Shown: piece after piece, positions 18,568 to 28,253 of the stretch | Layout: every line of letters begins with the position of its first letter | Numbering within the stretch: position 1 is the first letter of the stretch | From: Mycobacterium sp. | Lineage (GTDB): Bacteria > Actinomycetota > Actinomycetes > Mycobacteriales > Mycobacteriaceae | DNA: 64,000 nucleotides | Assembly (NCBI GenBank): GCA_049647605.1 | Contig: JBARXZ010000161.1 | Reading direction: 5' to 3' (one strand) | Notes under the pieces: generated by a model | The model's input: the letters and a program-made list of their open reading frames with translations, nothing else | What the model was told of the DNA's origin: nothing | Database searches by the model: none | Made by a program: the position numbers and the translations under genes

Positions 18568-19265
18568 ACTCCGATGGCAACATGTCGGACTGGGATGCTG
18601 CCTACGTTCTCGGCGCACTTACTCCGGAGGAGAGGTCGGAGTACGAGCAGCTTCGCGCGGCCGAGCCGACGAACATCGCGGCGCTGACAGACTTCGCGGA
18701 CACAGCTGCTCTGCTCGACCTGCTGTCACCGCAAGAAGCGCTGGCATTGCTCGACGAGGCTGTTGAGGGTGCGCCAATTCCCGAGGTGGCACCCGCAATC
18801 CTGCTGCCGGCATTGGCGGCGGCGGCCGAAAAGCGCCGGGTCCGGTCCCGTCGTGCCGTCATCGCCAGCGTCTTGGCGTCGGCAGCGGCGTTCCTCCTCA
18901 TCGGAGGAATCATCGGATACAACTCGATCGGCGCTTCCCCGTCTACCGGCGTCACATTGCAGGCGATGGCACCCGGGCAGCGCAAGGGAGTCAGCGCATC
19001 CTTGGCCGTGACAGGCGAACGGTGGGGAACGAGGCTGGACTGGCAATGCCAGTACACCAAAGACTGGGCTTCGACTGTGACCAGTTACGGCCTCGTTGTG
19101 ACCACCATCGGCGGAGCAGAATCGACGGTGGCCACCTGGAGCCCGTCCGGGCACGAGGCCTCGGGCCTGGCGGCGGCCACCGTCATCCCTACCTCCGAGA
19201 TCCGCAGCATCGAAATCCGGGAAACAGGCACAACCACACCACTTGCGGTCACCACGCTCAACTAG
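18564..19265 (+). CDS. Anti-sigma factor, RskA-like single-pass membrane protein
   Basis: N-terminus WDAAYVLGALTPEERSEYEQ, one central TM segment (VIASVLASAAAFLLIGGII) and an extracytoplasmic C-domain. Translationally coupled to the sigma gene. Confidence 0.7.
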   Translation: MNSDGNMSDWDAAYVLGALTPEERSEYEQLRAAEPTNIAALTDFADTAALLDLLSPQEALALLDEAVEGAPIPEVAPAILLPALAAAAEKRRVRSRRAVIASVLASAAAFLLIGGIIGYNSIGASPSTGVTLQAMAPGQRKGVSASLAVTGERWGTRLDWQCQYTKDWASTVTSYGLVVTTIGGAESTVATWSPSGHEASGLAAATVIPTSEIRSIEIRETGTTTPLAVTTLN

Positions 19266-19426
19266 CGCAGCGTCCAGAGCCGAGAACAGGTTTCGAAGAG
19301 CAAGGCGAATGAGCGTCGGGCAGCCATCAGGGCTAGTCGCCAGGGGAAGGTGCTCGGAGACAACGAACCGGGAGCCGAGTGCGTTTTGACTGCCGCGCTG
19401 AGGTCCCCCTGAAGTGTGGGAGTTGC

Positions 19427-20431
19427 TCAGAAGATGCCACTGTAGGCATTGAGGGCCTGCTGGCCGCCCAGATGCGCGTAGAGAACCTTCGAATGGGGTT
19501 CGATCTGCCCAGACTGAACCAGGTCCACCAGGCCGGCCATGGACTTACCTTCGTAGACGGGATCGAGGATGACTCCTTCGAGGCGTCCGACCAACTTGAT
19601 CGCATCGATTGTTGATTCGACCGGTACGCCGTAGCGATCGCCCGCCCACCCTTCGAGAACTGTCATCTCGTCATCACGAAGGTCACGGCCGAGTCCGATG
19701 AGCTCTGCAGTGCTGCGGGCGATGCGCGCAACCTGTGCGTGGGTCTTCGTCAAGGTCGCCGAAGCGTCGATGCCGATGACGCGGCGTGGCCGGTCCTGGC
19801 CGGCGAAACCGGCGATCATCCCTGCCTGAGTCGATCCTGTCACTGTGCAGACCACAATGGTGTCGAAGAAGACCCCGAGTGTTTGTTCCTGTTGCTGGAC
19901 TTCGTATGCCCAGTTGGCGAAGCCGAGGCCGCCCAACCGGTGATCGGATGCACCTGCAGGGATGGCGTATGGGATACCACCTGCACGCTCGACATCCTCG
20001 ATGGCCTTCTGCCAGCTGTCTTTGAACTCGATGCCGAAACCGGAGGGATCGAGACGGACGTCGGCGCCCATGATCCGTGACAGAAGGATATTGCCGACTT
20101 TGTCGTTGACCGAATCGGGCCAGTCAACCCATTTCTCCTGGACAAGGACCGCCTTGAGGCCCAGGTGGGCGGCGACGGCAGCCACCTGACGGGTGTGGTT
20201 GGACTGAACACCCCCGATCGAGACCAGGGTGTCGGCTCCCAGCTCGAGCGCTTCGGGGATCAAGTACTCCAGCTTTCGGGTCTTGTTGCCGCCATACGCG
20301 AGTCCGGAGTTCACATCCTCGCGTTTGGCCCAGATGTCAGCGCCACCGAGAAAGTCACTCAGCCTGGGAAGCGGATGGACCGGGCTCGGGCCGAAGGTCA
20401 GCGGGTAGCGCTCGAAATCTGAAATAGCCAT
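19427..20431 (-). CDS. acdS: 1-aminocyclopropane-1-carboxylate deaminase
   Basis: [35 protein letters not shown] (PLP Lys), [20 protein letters not shown] and AHLGG. RBS CCAGGAG before ATG 20431. Confidence 0.8.
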   Translation of the reverse strand: MAISDFERYPLTFGPSPVHPLPRLSDFLGGADIWAKREDVNSGLAYGGNKTRKLEYLIPEALELGADTLVSIGGVQSNHTRQVAAVAAHLGLKAVLVQEKWVDWPDSVNDKVGNILLSRIMGADVRLDPSGFGIEFKDSWQKAIEDVERAGGIPYAIPAGASDHRLGGLGFANWAYEVQQQEQTLGVFFDTIVVCTVTGSTQAGMIAGFAGQDRPRRVIGIDASATLTKTHAQVARIARSTAELIGLGRDLRDDEMTVLEGWAGDRYGVPVESTIDAIKLVGRLEGVILDPVYEGKSMAGLVDLVQSGQIEPHSKVLYAHLGGQQALNAYSGIF

Positions 20432-20532
20432 GGGTTGTCTCCTGGAGTACGGACATAGCCGCGGTAGCTGAGTACGACTCGCAGAGCGATCCGCAGCGGA
20501 TGGGATGGGTCTACGGTCAGCAACATCCAACG

Positions 20533-20546
20533 CGCAATATATTGCG
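20533..20546. promoter_or_regulatory. Perfect 14-bp AT-rich palindrome CGCAATATATTGCG (site 3 of 4) in the acdS / MmyB-like regulator intergenic region
   Basis: Self-complementary when checked base by base. On the acdS strand a TTGACA (complement of 20563-20568) lies 16 nt upstream of the 14-bp palindrome. Confidence 0.55.
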
Positions 20547-20717
20547 ATGCGCAAAGGTTTCTTGTCAACCGTCGATGGGCGCTTTCAACCACTTGACTCT
20601 CCCGCTGGGGGAGGTGGCACCGTGTCGCTATGACACTTGACAAGGACGTCGGTCCTGGTATCCCCATCTGGGGAACCGAAAGTGAATCAGATTCGGTCCA
20701 CATACGTGTAATACGGT

Positions 20718-21545
20718 GTGCCATCAGCAGCCGATATCGGCCCTCTTGCGGAGTTCCTGAGAAGTCACCGTGAGCGACTTTCGCCGGAGCTGGTTGGTAT
20801 CCAAACACGGGGAGTTCGCCGTGTGCCTGGACTGCGGCGCGAGGAGGTGGCCATTCGGGCCGGAATCAGTATCGAGTACTACACCCGTCTTGAACAGGGT
20901 CGCGAGCGCAATCCTTCTGGAGCCGTGTGCGATGCGCTCGCGGACGCGCTCACTCTAGATCGCTATGAAGCCGGGCACCTGCATGCGCTTGCCAGTCCTC
21001 GCAAGTCAAATGTCGATGTCCGTTCGCCCAGACCGGAAGTCCCCGAGGGATGTCGGGTACTCGTACGGACGCTCGGAACACCGGCAATCATCCAGACCCG
21101 GTACACGGATGTACTCGTCTCAAATCCCATGGCGGAAGCGCTGTCGCCGGCCTTACACCGCGGTGTGAACCGTATTCGGTCTCTGTTCATCGACCCATCG
21201 GAGCGGGCCATGCATCTCGACTGGAACCGGGCAACGGCCAATTGCGTCGCACAGCTGCGCTTTGCGGTTGGTGGGGAGCTCACGATGTCGCCTGCCCGGG
21301 AACTGATCGCCGATCTGTTGCAGCGTAGCGCCACCTTCCGGGGACTATGGTCACGCCACGAGGTCAACCACGCTCCCCTCAGTCCGATCCGTCTCCGCCA
21401 CCCAACCCTGGGGCGCCTCAAGCTGTTCCGAGAGAAGCTCATCCTCGCGGGCACCGACGATCTCGCCATGGTGGTCTTCCACGCCGAACCCTCATCGCAT
21501 TCCTGGTCGGCGCTGCAGCGGTTGGCTCAGCATTCGGCTATCTAG
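20718..21545 (+). CDS. MmyB-like XRE-family helix-turn-helix transcriptional regulator
   Basis: LAEFLRSHRERLSPE..GLRREEVAIRAGISIEYYTRLEQGRERNPS, followed by an MmyB-type C-terminal ligand domain. Confidence 0.8.
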   Translation: MPSAADIGPLAEFLRSHRERLSPELVGIQTRGVRRVPGLRREEVAIRAGISIEYYTRLEQGRERNPSGAVCDALADALTLDRYEAGHLHALASPRKSNVDVRSPRPEVPEGCRVLVRTLGTPAIIQTRYTDVLVSNPMAEALSPALHRGVNRIRSLFIDPSERAMHLDWNRATANCVAQLRFAVGGELTMSPARELIADLLQRSATFRGLWSRHEVNHAPLSPIRLRHPTLGRLKLFREKLILAGTDDLAMVVFHAEPSSHSWSALQRLAQHSAI

Positions 21546-21676
21546 GCACAAGGATTGGCGAACTGGTGATTCACGAGTTGAGAGCTGATGCACGGAGCAG
21601 GTCGACGGCGACAAGCCGGCCGCAGGTTGGTCCATTCTCACCCACGTTATGACCTGAGTGTGGCCATATCGCAACG

Positions 21677-21709
21677 ATGCGGGAGGTTCACCGACCGACA
21701 ACTAGTTGA
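21677..21709 (+). CDS. Conserved 10-codon upstream ORF (MREVHRPTTS) preceding sigma paralogue 2
   Basis: Same length as 3063-3095, the same TGA, and the same 12-nt gap to the sigma ATG. 3 of the 5 nucleotide differences are synonymous. Confidence 0.35.
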   Translation: MREVHRPTTS

Positions 21710-21721
21710 ACGAAAGCTGAC

Positions 21722-22378
21722 ATGACGTCCATATCGAGTTTTGATCAAGTACGGGCCGGCCAGGTCCGTCCCGACTTCGAGCGGGAGGTGATGCCTTTGT
21801 TGGCAGACCTTCGTAGGCGTGCCTTGGCGTACACCCACAATGCGGCCGACGCGGAGGACCTTGTTCAAGAAACGCTGCTGAAGGCCTACCGGGCATTCGC
21901 TACGCTCGGCCGCGACCGTTACCTCAAAGCCTGGCTACTGCGCATCATGCGAAACACCTGGATCAACAACTATCGGGCGGGCCTGTGCCGGCCGACTGAG
22001 GCACTTGTCGGGGATCTCACCGATGGCAATCTCGATATCGTGTCGCAGTGGTCGCGCCACGAGTGCTCGGCTGAGCACATCGCCTTGCGTGGAATGGCAG
22101 ATCCGGGAACCGTCGCGGCGCTGTCAAGCCTCCCTGAGAAGGTCCTCCTCACTGTGTATTACATCGCGATTGTTGGATTGTCGTATCGCGAGGTATCCAC
22201 AGCGATGAACGTTCCGCCAGGTACTGTGATGTCCCGGATGCATCGCGGTCGGCTCCTACTGCGTCGCTCACTCGCGGCGCACCGGGGCGGGCTCGTCACG
22301 ATTGGGTGCGTTACCGAGAACGCGACGGCTGAAGGTACTGAGGGGGCTGCCCGCTGCAGAGGCAACTCATTGGCCTGA
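21722..22378 (+). CDS. Sigma-70 family (ECF/SigE-like) sigma factor, paralogue 2
   Basis: Collinear with 3108-3719 across regions 2 and 4 (DAEDLVQETLLKAYRAF.., LSYREVSTAMNVPPGTVMSRMHRGR). Many synonymous differences. Confidence 0.85.
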   Translation: MTSISSFDQVRAGQVRPDFEREVMPLLADLRRRALAYTHNAADAEDLVQETLLKAYRAFATLGRDRYLKAWLLRIMRNTWINNYRAGLCRPTEALVGDLTDGNLDIVSQWSRHECSAEHIALRGMADPGTVAALSSLPEKVLLTVYYIAIVGLSYREVSTAMNVPPGTVMSRMHRGRLLLRRSLAAHRGGLVTIGCVTENATAEGTEGAARCRGNSLA

Positions 22379-22854
22379 GGACTACGACTCCGCCGACGGT
22401 CTTTTGAGGTGATGTGGCGCCACCGATGGCATCGGTTTTGTTTAAAAGTGCTCCGAGGCAGAATTTTTGGATCGAAATGCCAGTCGGTGCTCCGGGCTGG
22501 AACCAGGGTGGGTCTGTCACTACTAGGACTGGCAGAGATCTGGTGATCGGCAGGGCTTCGTTGGAGACTCGCTCTGGTGATGATTGCGAATTATGGCAAG
22601 GCGGGACGAAACCCGGCGGAGCCTCTCGACGAGATAGATTCATTCCCCAACGCTGGCGGTTGAAGCCGAATTGACTCTCCCCGGGGAGAAGGTGCATCGG
22701 CAATTGTTGTTCGCGTGAACGTAGGTCCACGGCAATGTGATTCGAAACGCTTGAGCGTGGGGGTCGCGCGACGGGACCGCCGATCGGCACTTCTCTGTCA
22801 GGTGCTGTCTGCATATTTTCGGCGACCCCCTTGACAAATATCGCTGTCCGACAT

Positions 22855-22866
22855 GCAATATATTGC
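22855..22866. promoter_or_regulatory. Perfect 12-bp palindrome GCAATATATTGC (site 4 of 4) downstream of TTGACA 22831-22836
   Basis: Lies 55-66 nt upstream of ATG 22921 of the lipoprotein hydrolase gene. Confidence 0.55.
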
Positions 22867-22920
22867 GAAGAAAAAATCGATGCGATGGTCCCAGGGCTGT
22901 CCAGACCTCAGGAGACACAG

Positions 22921-23736
22921 ATGATGATCAAGTCTGTTCTGACGACGATGACGGTGGGTGTTGCGGTGGCGATGCTCGCGGCCGGCTGTGGTGGGGCGGA
23001 TGCTGAGCCGCCGGTGCCCGCCAATCAGCCGACGGTGGTGTTGGTTCATGGCGCTTTTGCTGACTCCTCGAGTTGGAATGGGGTGATCAGCAAGCTCGTG
23101 GCGGATGGCTATCCGGTGATTGCGGTGGCTAATCCGTTGCGGGGACTGGCATCTGATGCTGAGTATGTGCGCAGTGTGGTCGATGGTGTTGCGGGGCCGG
23201 TGGTGTTGGCGGGCCATTCGTATGGGGGGTCGGTGATGAGTCAGGCAGCTGAGGGGTTGTCGAACGTGAAGGCGTTGGTGTTCATCGCGAGTTTCCTTTT
23301 GGAGCCGGGGGAGAGTACGGGCGAGTTGGCGGCGAAGTTCCCTGGTGGCGAGCTGGGTCCTGCGTTGGATTCGGTGCCGTTCCCGTTGGCTGGTGGTGGG
23401 GAAGGTAGTGATTTGTACATCAAGCAGGATGAGTTCCGGAGGGTCTTCGCTGCCGATGTCGGCGAGGATGTCACGGCGTTGATGGCTGCTACTCAGCGGC
23501 CCATTGCTGCGGCAGCGTTGGAGGAGCCGGCTTCGAAGGCTGCGTGGAAGGCGATTCCGTCGTGGAATCTGGTGACCACCGAAGATCTTGCGATTCCGGC
23601 CGAGTCAATGCGCTTCATGGGGGCCCGCGCGAACGCTCACACCTTGGAGGTCAAGGCGTCTCACGCGGTGACAGTGTCGGTGCCTGAGGTTGTGGCGGAC
23701 TTGATCGCTCAGGCAGCCGATTCCACGCGCAGCTAG
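22921..23736 (+). CDS. Alpha/beta-hydrolase lipoprotein
   Basis: Signal peptide with lipobox (..AMLAAGCGG), VVLVHGAF and the nucleophile elbow GHSYGG. RBS GGAGA before the ATG. Confidence 0.8.
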   Translation: MMIKSVLTTMTVGVAVAMLAAGCGGADAEPPVPANQPTVVLVHGAFADSSSWNGVISKLVADGYPVIAVANPLRGLASDAEYVRSVVDGVAGPVVLAGHSYGGSVMSQAAEGLSNVKALVFIASFLLEPGESTGELAAKFPGGELGPALDSVPFPLAGGGEGSDLYIKQDEFRRVFAADVGEDVTALMAATQRPIAAAALEEPASKAAWKAIPSWNLVTTEDLAIPAESMRFMGARANAHTLEVKASHAVTVSVPEVVADLIAQAADSTRS

Positions 23737-23759
23737 TCAAGCCGAGCCGAGCCGTGAAG

Positions 23760-23791
23760 CGGTCGCACGATCCGTTGAGTATGTGCGACCG
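23760..23791 (+). terminator. Hairpin (9-bp stem, 14-nt loop) downstream of the hydrolase gene
   Basis: CGGTCGCAC (23760-23768) pairs with GTGCGACCG (23783-23791) and is followed by GTTTG. Confidence 0.4.
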
Positions 23792-23891
23792 GTTTGATCC
23801 TGGGCGTCCCACAGAACTTCTGACGTCAGGAGGAAGCCGACACGGGCGCCGGGGGACGTAACGGCGTGCGCGATAGAAGGGGGAGACAGAT

Positions 23892-24773
23892 ATGCAACCG
23901 ATCACTGAGGAAAACATCACCGATCTTGCTGCGGCGCGGTGGGCCACCGCCCACAATCCGCGGCTGGCGCAGATCATGCAGCAGATGGTGCGATACTTAC
24001 ACGACTTTGCTCGAACCGTGGGGCTGACGGAGCAGGAGTGGGCGGCCGCCGTCCAATGGCTTCGCCGCGCGGGTCACATCAGCGACGACAAGCGTGACGA
24101 GTTCATTCTCGCGGCGGATGTATTGGGGTTGTCGACGCTGCTCGTCGAGCTGAATCACCACCTGGACGCGGACGCTACACCGGCGACGGTTCTTGGTCCG
24201 TTCCATGTGGATGGCTCACCAGAGCTGGAGTTCGGCGCGGACATGTCCCAAGGTGTGCAGGGCACGCCCCTCTTCATCGTGGGCAGAGTCCACGATGTGG
24301 ACGGCGCAGCTGTTGGGGGAGCGGTCCTCGACGTGTGGCAGGCCGACGCGGACGGCGCCTACGAGGCCCAGCTGCAGGTTGATGGGGCACGCCTGCGCGG
24401 CAAATACACCTCGACGCCAGGCGGCGCCTTCTGCGTGCGGACAATCGCACCGCTTGGCTACAGCATTCCGATGGACGGCCCAGTGGGCGAGCTCATGGCG
24501 CGAACCGACATCAGCCACTACCGGCCGGCGCACATCCATTTCCTCATAGACGTGCCGGGATACGAGCCGCTGATCACTCATCTGTTCGAGAAGGGGACGC
24601 AGTACCTCGACAGCGATGTCGTATTCGGCACAAAGGCCGAGCTGGTGGTCGAGTTCGCACGTCGCGATCCGGGTCCGACGCCCGACGGCCGCATGTGCGA
24701 GGTTCCTTGGCTGCTAACGAGTTACGACTTCGTACTCCAGCCAAAGAGTGAAGCACACCCCCCGGCACCCTAA
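23892..24773 (+). CDS. Intradiol ring-cleavage dioxygenase (hydroxyquinol/catechol 1,2-dioxygenase family)
   Basis: N-terminal helical domain (..DKRDEFILAADVLGLS..), GPFH, DVWQADADGAYE and YRPAHIHF. Confidence 0.85.
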   Translation: MQPITEENITDLAAARWATAHNPRLAQIMQQMVRYLHDFARTVGLTEQEWAAAVQWLRRAGHISDDKRDEFILAADVLGLSTLLVELNHHLDADATPATVLGPFHVDGSPELEFGADMSQGVQGTPLFIVGRVHDVDGAAVGGAVLDVWQADADGAYEAQLQVDGARLRGKYTSTPGGAFCVRTIAPLGYSIPMDGPVGELMARTDISHYRPAHIHFLIDVPGYEPLITHLFEKGTQYLDSDVVFGTKAELVVEFARRDPGPTPDGRMCEVPWLLTSYDFVLQPKSEAHPPAP

Positions 24774-24830
24774 GCCATTGTGCAAATACGCAGGAGCTGT
24801 CGCAAGCTCTGGAAACAAGTGAGGACGAAC

Positions 24831-26435
24831 ATGCGAGACGGTATTGCCAGTCGCGGAAGACTGGAGCAGAACATCGGCGGCCCGCCCAGCGAACTGGCGC
24901 CGGACGTCCCGTCGGGACACTACGACTATGTGGTGATCGGCGCCGGATCGGCCGGTTGTGTGCTCGCTGCCCGGCTGTCCGAGGATCCGGCCGTTCGAGT
25001 GTTGCTGCTCGAGTCCGGCGCGGCTGACACAAGACCCGAGATTGCGGCTCCGCCGGCATGGCCGACGTTGTGGGGTAGCACAGTTGACTACGCCTATGAC
25101 ACCGTCCCGCAAGCGGGCACAGACGGGATTGCCCACAACTGGCCACGTGGCCATACTCTCGGCGGCAGCAGCAGCATCAACGCGATGGTGTTCCTGCGAG
25201 GCCACCGCAGTGACTTCGACATCTGGGCCAAGTCCGGCTGTACGGGTTGGGACTACGAAGCAGTTCTGCCCTACTTTCAGCGCAGCGAAACCGTAAGCGG
25301 TGGGGATCGACGTTATCGAGGTACCGAGGGGCCGGTAGCACCTGCGCCTGTCTCGGCCGATGTCGCCAACCCGCTGTCTCAGGCCTTTGTCGATGCGGCC
25401 GTCGCCGCGGGCTACTCGATGACCGATGATTTCAACGGGGCCTGCGCCGAGGGAGCGGGCTGGCATGACCTTTCGATCTCAATGGGGGCTCGCCAGAGCG
25501 CCGCCGCTGCCTACTTGAACCCGATAGGCGGTCTGCGACCCAACCTCACCATCTCGACCGAATCCCGCGCGCGCAAACTGCGCATCAAAGGAAAACGCTG
25601 CGTAGGAGTCGACTTCGAGCGTCGCGGTGAGCTGATCACTGTGTACGCCGACTCTGAGGTGGTGCTCAGCGCGGGTGCTGTGGACTCGCCACGGTTGCTG
25701 CTGTTGTCCGGCATCGGGCCGGCGTCCGAGCTTGAAGCCGCCGACGTGACTGTGGTGCACGACCTGCCCGGGGTAGGCCGTAACCTCCATGACCACCCGT
25801 TCTGCGGGGTCGTCTACGAGGCCACCCAACCGATACCAGTCGGCCGTGCCAACCACGCCGAAGTGTCGTTGTCATGGCGCAGCGACGAATCCCTTTCGGG
25901 CCCCGACATGCAGCTCATGTTCATTCACGTTCCGTTCCACGCGCCTCACCTGGTTGCCCCCGCGAACAGCTTCACACTCGCGATAGCCACCGTGCCCGAG
26001 GCCCGAGGCTCGATCCGCCTCGCCGGACCGGAGCCGGAGACTCCGCCACTGATCGACCCGAATTACCTCGGCGTGGAGTCGGACATCCAGCGGATGATGT
26101 ACGGCTTGACCGTGGCCCGGGACATCGCGGCGACTGAGCCGTTCGCACCATGGCGCGGCCGCGAGGTGCTCCCCGGGCCGGACATCACCGATGAGAAGGG
26201 GCTGCGCTCCTTTCTGGCGCGCGGCACCGGAACCTACTACCACCCTGTTGGCAGCTGCGCTATGGGCAACGGGCCGGATGCGGTCGTCGACCCAGAGCTG
26301 CGTGTATACGGCCTTGGTGGCTTGCGAGTGGCTGACGCATCCATCATGCCCAGAATCGTGTCCGTCAACACCAACGCCGCAACGATCATGATCGGCGAAA
26401 AGGCCGCCGACCTGATTCGCCGGCAAACGGCCTGA
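24831..26435 (+). CDS. GMC-family FAD oxidoreductase (choline-dehydrogenase-like)
   Basis: YDYVVIGAGSAGCVLAARLSED, GKTLGGSS-type motif (GHTLGGSSSINAM) and the C-terminal YHPVGSCAMG. RBS GAGGA before ATG 24831. Confidence 0.85.
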   Translation: MRDGIASRGRLEQNIGGPPSELAPDVPSGHYDYVVIGAGSAGCVLAARLSEDPAVRVLLLESGAADTRPEIAAPPAWPTLWGSTVDYAYDTVPQAGTDGIAHNWPRGHTLGGSSSINAMVFLRGHRSDFDIWAKSGCTGWDYEAVLPYFQRSETVSGGDRRYRGTEGPVAPAPVSADVANPLSQAFVDAAVAAGYSMTDDFNGACAEGAGWHDLSISMGARQSAAAAYLNPIGGLRPNLTISTESRARKLRIKGKRCVGVDFERRGELITVYADSEVVLSAGAVDSPRLLLLSGIGPASELEAADVTVVHDLPGVGRNLHDHPFCGVVYEATQPIPVGRANHAEVSLSWRSDESLSGPDMQLMFIHVPFHAPHLVAPANSFTLAIATVPEARGSIRLAGPEPETPPLIDPNYLGVESDIQRMMYGLTVARDIAATEPFAPWRGREVLPGPDITDEKGLRSFLARGTGTYYHPVGSCAMGNGPDAVVDPELRVYGLGGLRVADASIMPRIVSVNTNAATIMIGEKAADLIRRQTA

Positions 26436-26501
26436 CCGAACTGGCGGCGGGTTGCTGCACCCTGGCCGAACTTGGCGGACATCTATCCGACGGAAGGCAA
26501 T

Positions 26502-27260
26502 ATGAGATTCGGTGAGCTCGGTGCGGATGTGACGGGAACCGGTGACCACAGGCCGCCGGTGGTGCTCCTACACGGGCTGACTTTCGATCGTCATATGTGG
26601 GCTCCGATGGTCAGGGAGCTATCGGGGCGCAGAGTGTTGGCGCTCGACTTGCCCGGACACGGTGATTCACTCCGGCGAAACTCCTACGACCTGAACGAGG
26701 TTGTCGAGGTTCTCCACGATGCGCTCCGGATCGCCGATGTGGAAAGGCCGGTGATGGTAGGGCACTCTGTCGGCGGTCTGTTGGCCACGATGTACGCAGG
26801 CAACCACCCGACCCGGGCGGTGCTGAACATCGATCAGCCGTTGCTCCCCGGCCCTTTTGGGGAGTACCTGCGATCAGTCGAGGCTGTCCTGCGTGGACCG
26901 GACCACCTGAGCATCTGGGTCAAACTGCTCGCCGGGATGGGCACTGAGCAGTTGGCGCCTCAACATCGGCGACTGTTGCGCACCAAACCTCGTCAGGACA
27001 TTCTGCTCGGCTATTGGAAGGAGATTCTGGAGACATCCCCGGCGATACTTCGGGAACGGCGGGCACAGCAGCTGACTGCGGTGCGCGGGGCCGGGACGGC
27101 CTACCACTACGTCAGCCGAAGCGTCGTGGCCGCCGATTACGCGGAATGGTTCTTGGAGATGCTGCCCGAGGCTGGGATCACGGTGTTGCCGGGTAACGGC
27201 CACTTCCCTCATGTTGCCCAGCCGGCAGCCCTGGCGGCGATTCTATCCGGCTGGGAGTGA
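26502..27260 (+). CDS. Alpha/beta hydrolase
   Basis: VVLLHGLTFD, GHSVGG and the C-terminal GHFPH. Start chosen at the ATG after GGAAGG. Confidence 0.75.
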   Translation: MRFGELGADVTGTGDHRPPVVLLHGLTFDRHMWAPMVRELSGRRVLALDLPGHGDSLRRNSYDLNEVVEVLHDALRIADVERPVMVGHSVGGLLATMYAGNHPTRAVLNIDQPLLPGPFGEYLRSVEAVLRGPDHLSIWVKLLAGMGTEQLAPQHRRLLRTKPRQDILLGYWKEILETSPAILRERRAQQLTAVRGAGTAYHYVSRSVVAADYAEWFLEMLPEAGITVLPGNGHFPHVAQPAALAAILSGWE

Positions 27261-27509
27261 CAGAAAGTAATTGCGGCATCGGCGCCAGTAGTGCGGCGAA
27301 AAGTATCGAAAATGATGATGATCGACTCATCGTACAAACGCTGATAGTGGTGTGGGGCAACGTAGCCCGGTGAGTTGACGCAACCAGTGCTGCTTTCCAG
27401 ATCGTTGAATCGCGATGTTTTCGACCAACTTCGCCGGTACAGCTCAGCGACCTTGGCAGCGATACGACGATAGCTAACTGTCTTATCTGAAGCGTGGCCA
27501 CTTGCGGTT

Positions 27510-28253
27510 GTGCTTCCGAAAGGCGCCAGAGAAGGAATCGCGTTGAAAAACCCACACCTGGAGGAATGCACCTCAGCTGCAAGCCAAGGACTGGATCGCT
27601 CGGCTCGCGCCGGGTTGGAAGAACGTTTCGCTTGCGAGGCCTTTCCGTTGCGGGGCGAGCTCATACGCATCGCACACCGATACACGCCCAGTATCCATGA
27701 TGCTGAAGACCTTGTGCAGGAGACATTTGTCAAGGCCTGGCTCGGCTTCGAGTCCTGCACACCCAGCTCCAATCTTCGGGCGTGGATGGTGCGCATCATG
27801 ATCAACACCTGGATCGACAATCACCGCAAGACTCAACGTCGCCCAAGGGAAGTGCTCGCCGGTTCCGCCACCGATGCCCAAATCTCGATCGATCGACAAC
27901 AGCGCACCCATGTGCAGTCGGCTGAGGAGACGGCCTTGACACATCTGCCCAATGATCGGCTGCGGCAGAGTATCCGCGCACTGCCCATCGCACTGCAAGC
28001 TGCTCTGTTCTATGCCGACGTATGCCAATTCTCGGTGAGACAAATCGCCGAGATCGAAAGCATTCCCATGGGCACCGTAATGTCCCGTCTCCACCGAGCG
28101 CGTCGCGGGCTGCGGTCGGCTATGTCGGAAGAAGGGACGCCAGATCCGGTCCAGCAGCCGCGACCGGGAATGCGCGGGGATCGAAGTCCGGCAATTGATT
28201 CCGGGAATCATAGCTCGAACTGCGATCTGCCTGCGGCGATGGCCTGCTCTTGA
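27510..28253 (+). CDS. Sigma-70 family (ECF/SigE-like) sigma factor, paralogue 3 (more divergent)
   Basis: DAEDLVQETFVKAWLGF, RAWMVRIMINTWIDNHRK and SVRQIAEIESIPMGTVMSRLHRARRGL. Start uncertain. Confidence 0.8.
   Translation: MLPKGAREGIALKNPHLEECTSAASQGLDRSARAGLEERFACEAFPLRGELIRIAHRYTPSIHDAEDLVQETFVKAWLGFESCTPSSNLRAWMVRIMINTWIDNHRKTQRRPREVLAGSATDAQISIDRQQRTHVQSAEETALTHLPNDRLRQSIRALPIALQAALFYADVCQFSVRQIAEIESIPMGTVMSRLHRARRGLRSAMSEEGTPDPVQQPRPGMRGDRSPAIDSGNHSSNCDLPAAMACS

Noticed and set aside
22480-22640. Possible riboswitch-like element, with GGACTGGCAG .. CCGGCGGAGCC reminiscent of ZTP/pfl motif pieces.
   Set aside because: Only short fragments resemble the consensus. I could not build the required helices or pseudoknot by eye, and the downstream gene (a hydrolase) does not fit. 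It would need an Infernal scan.
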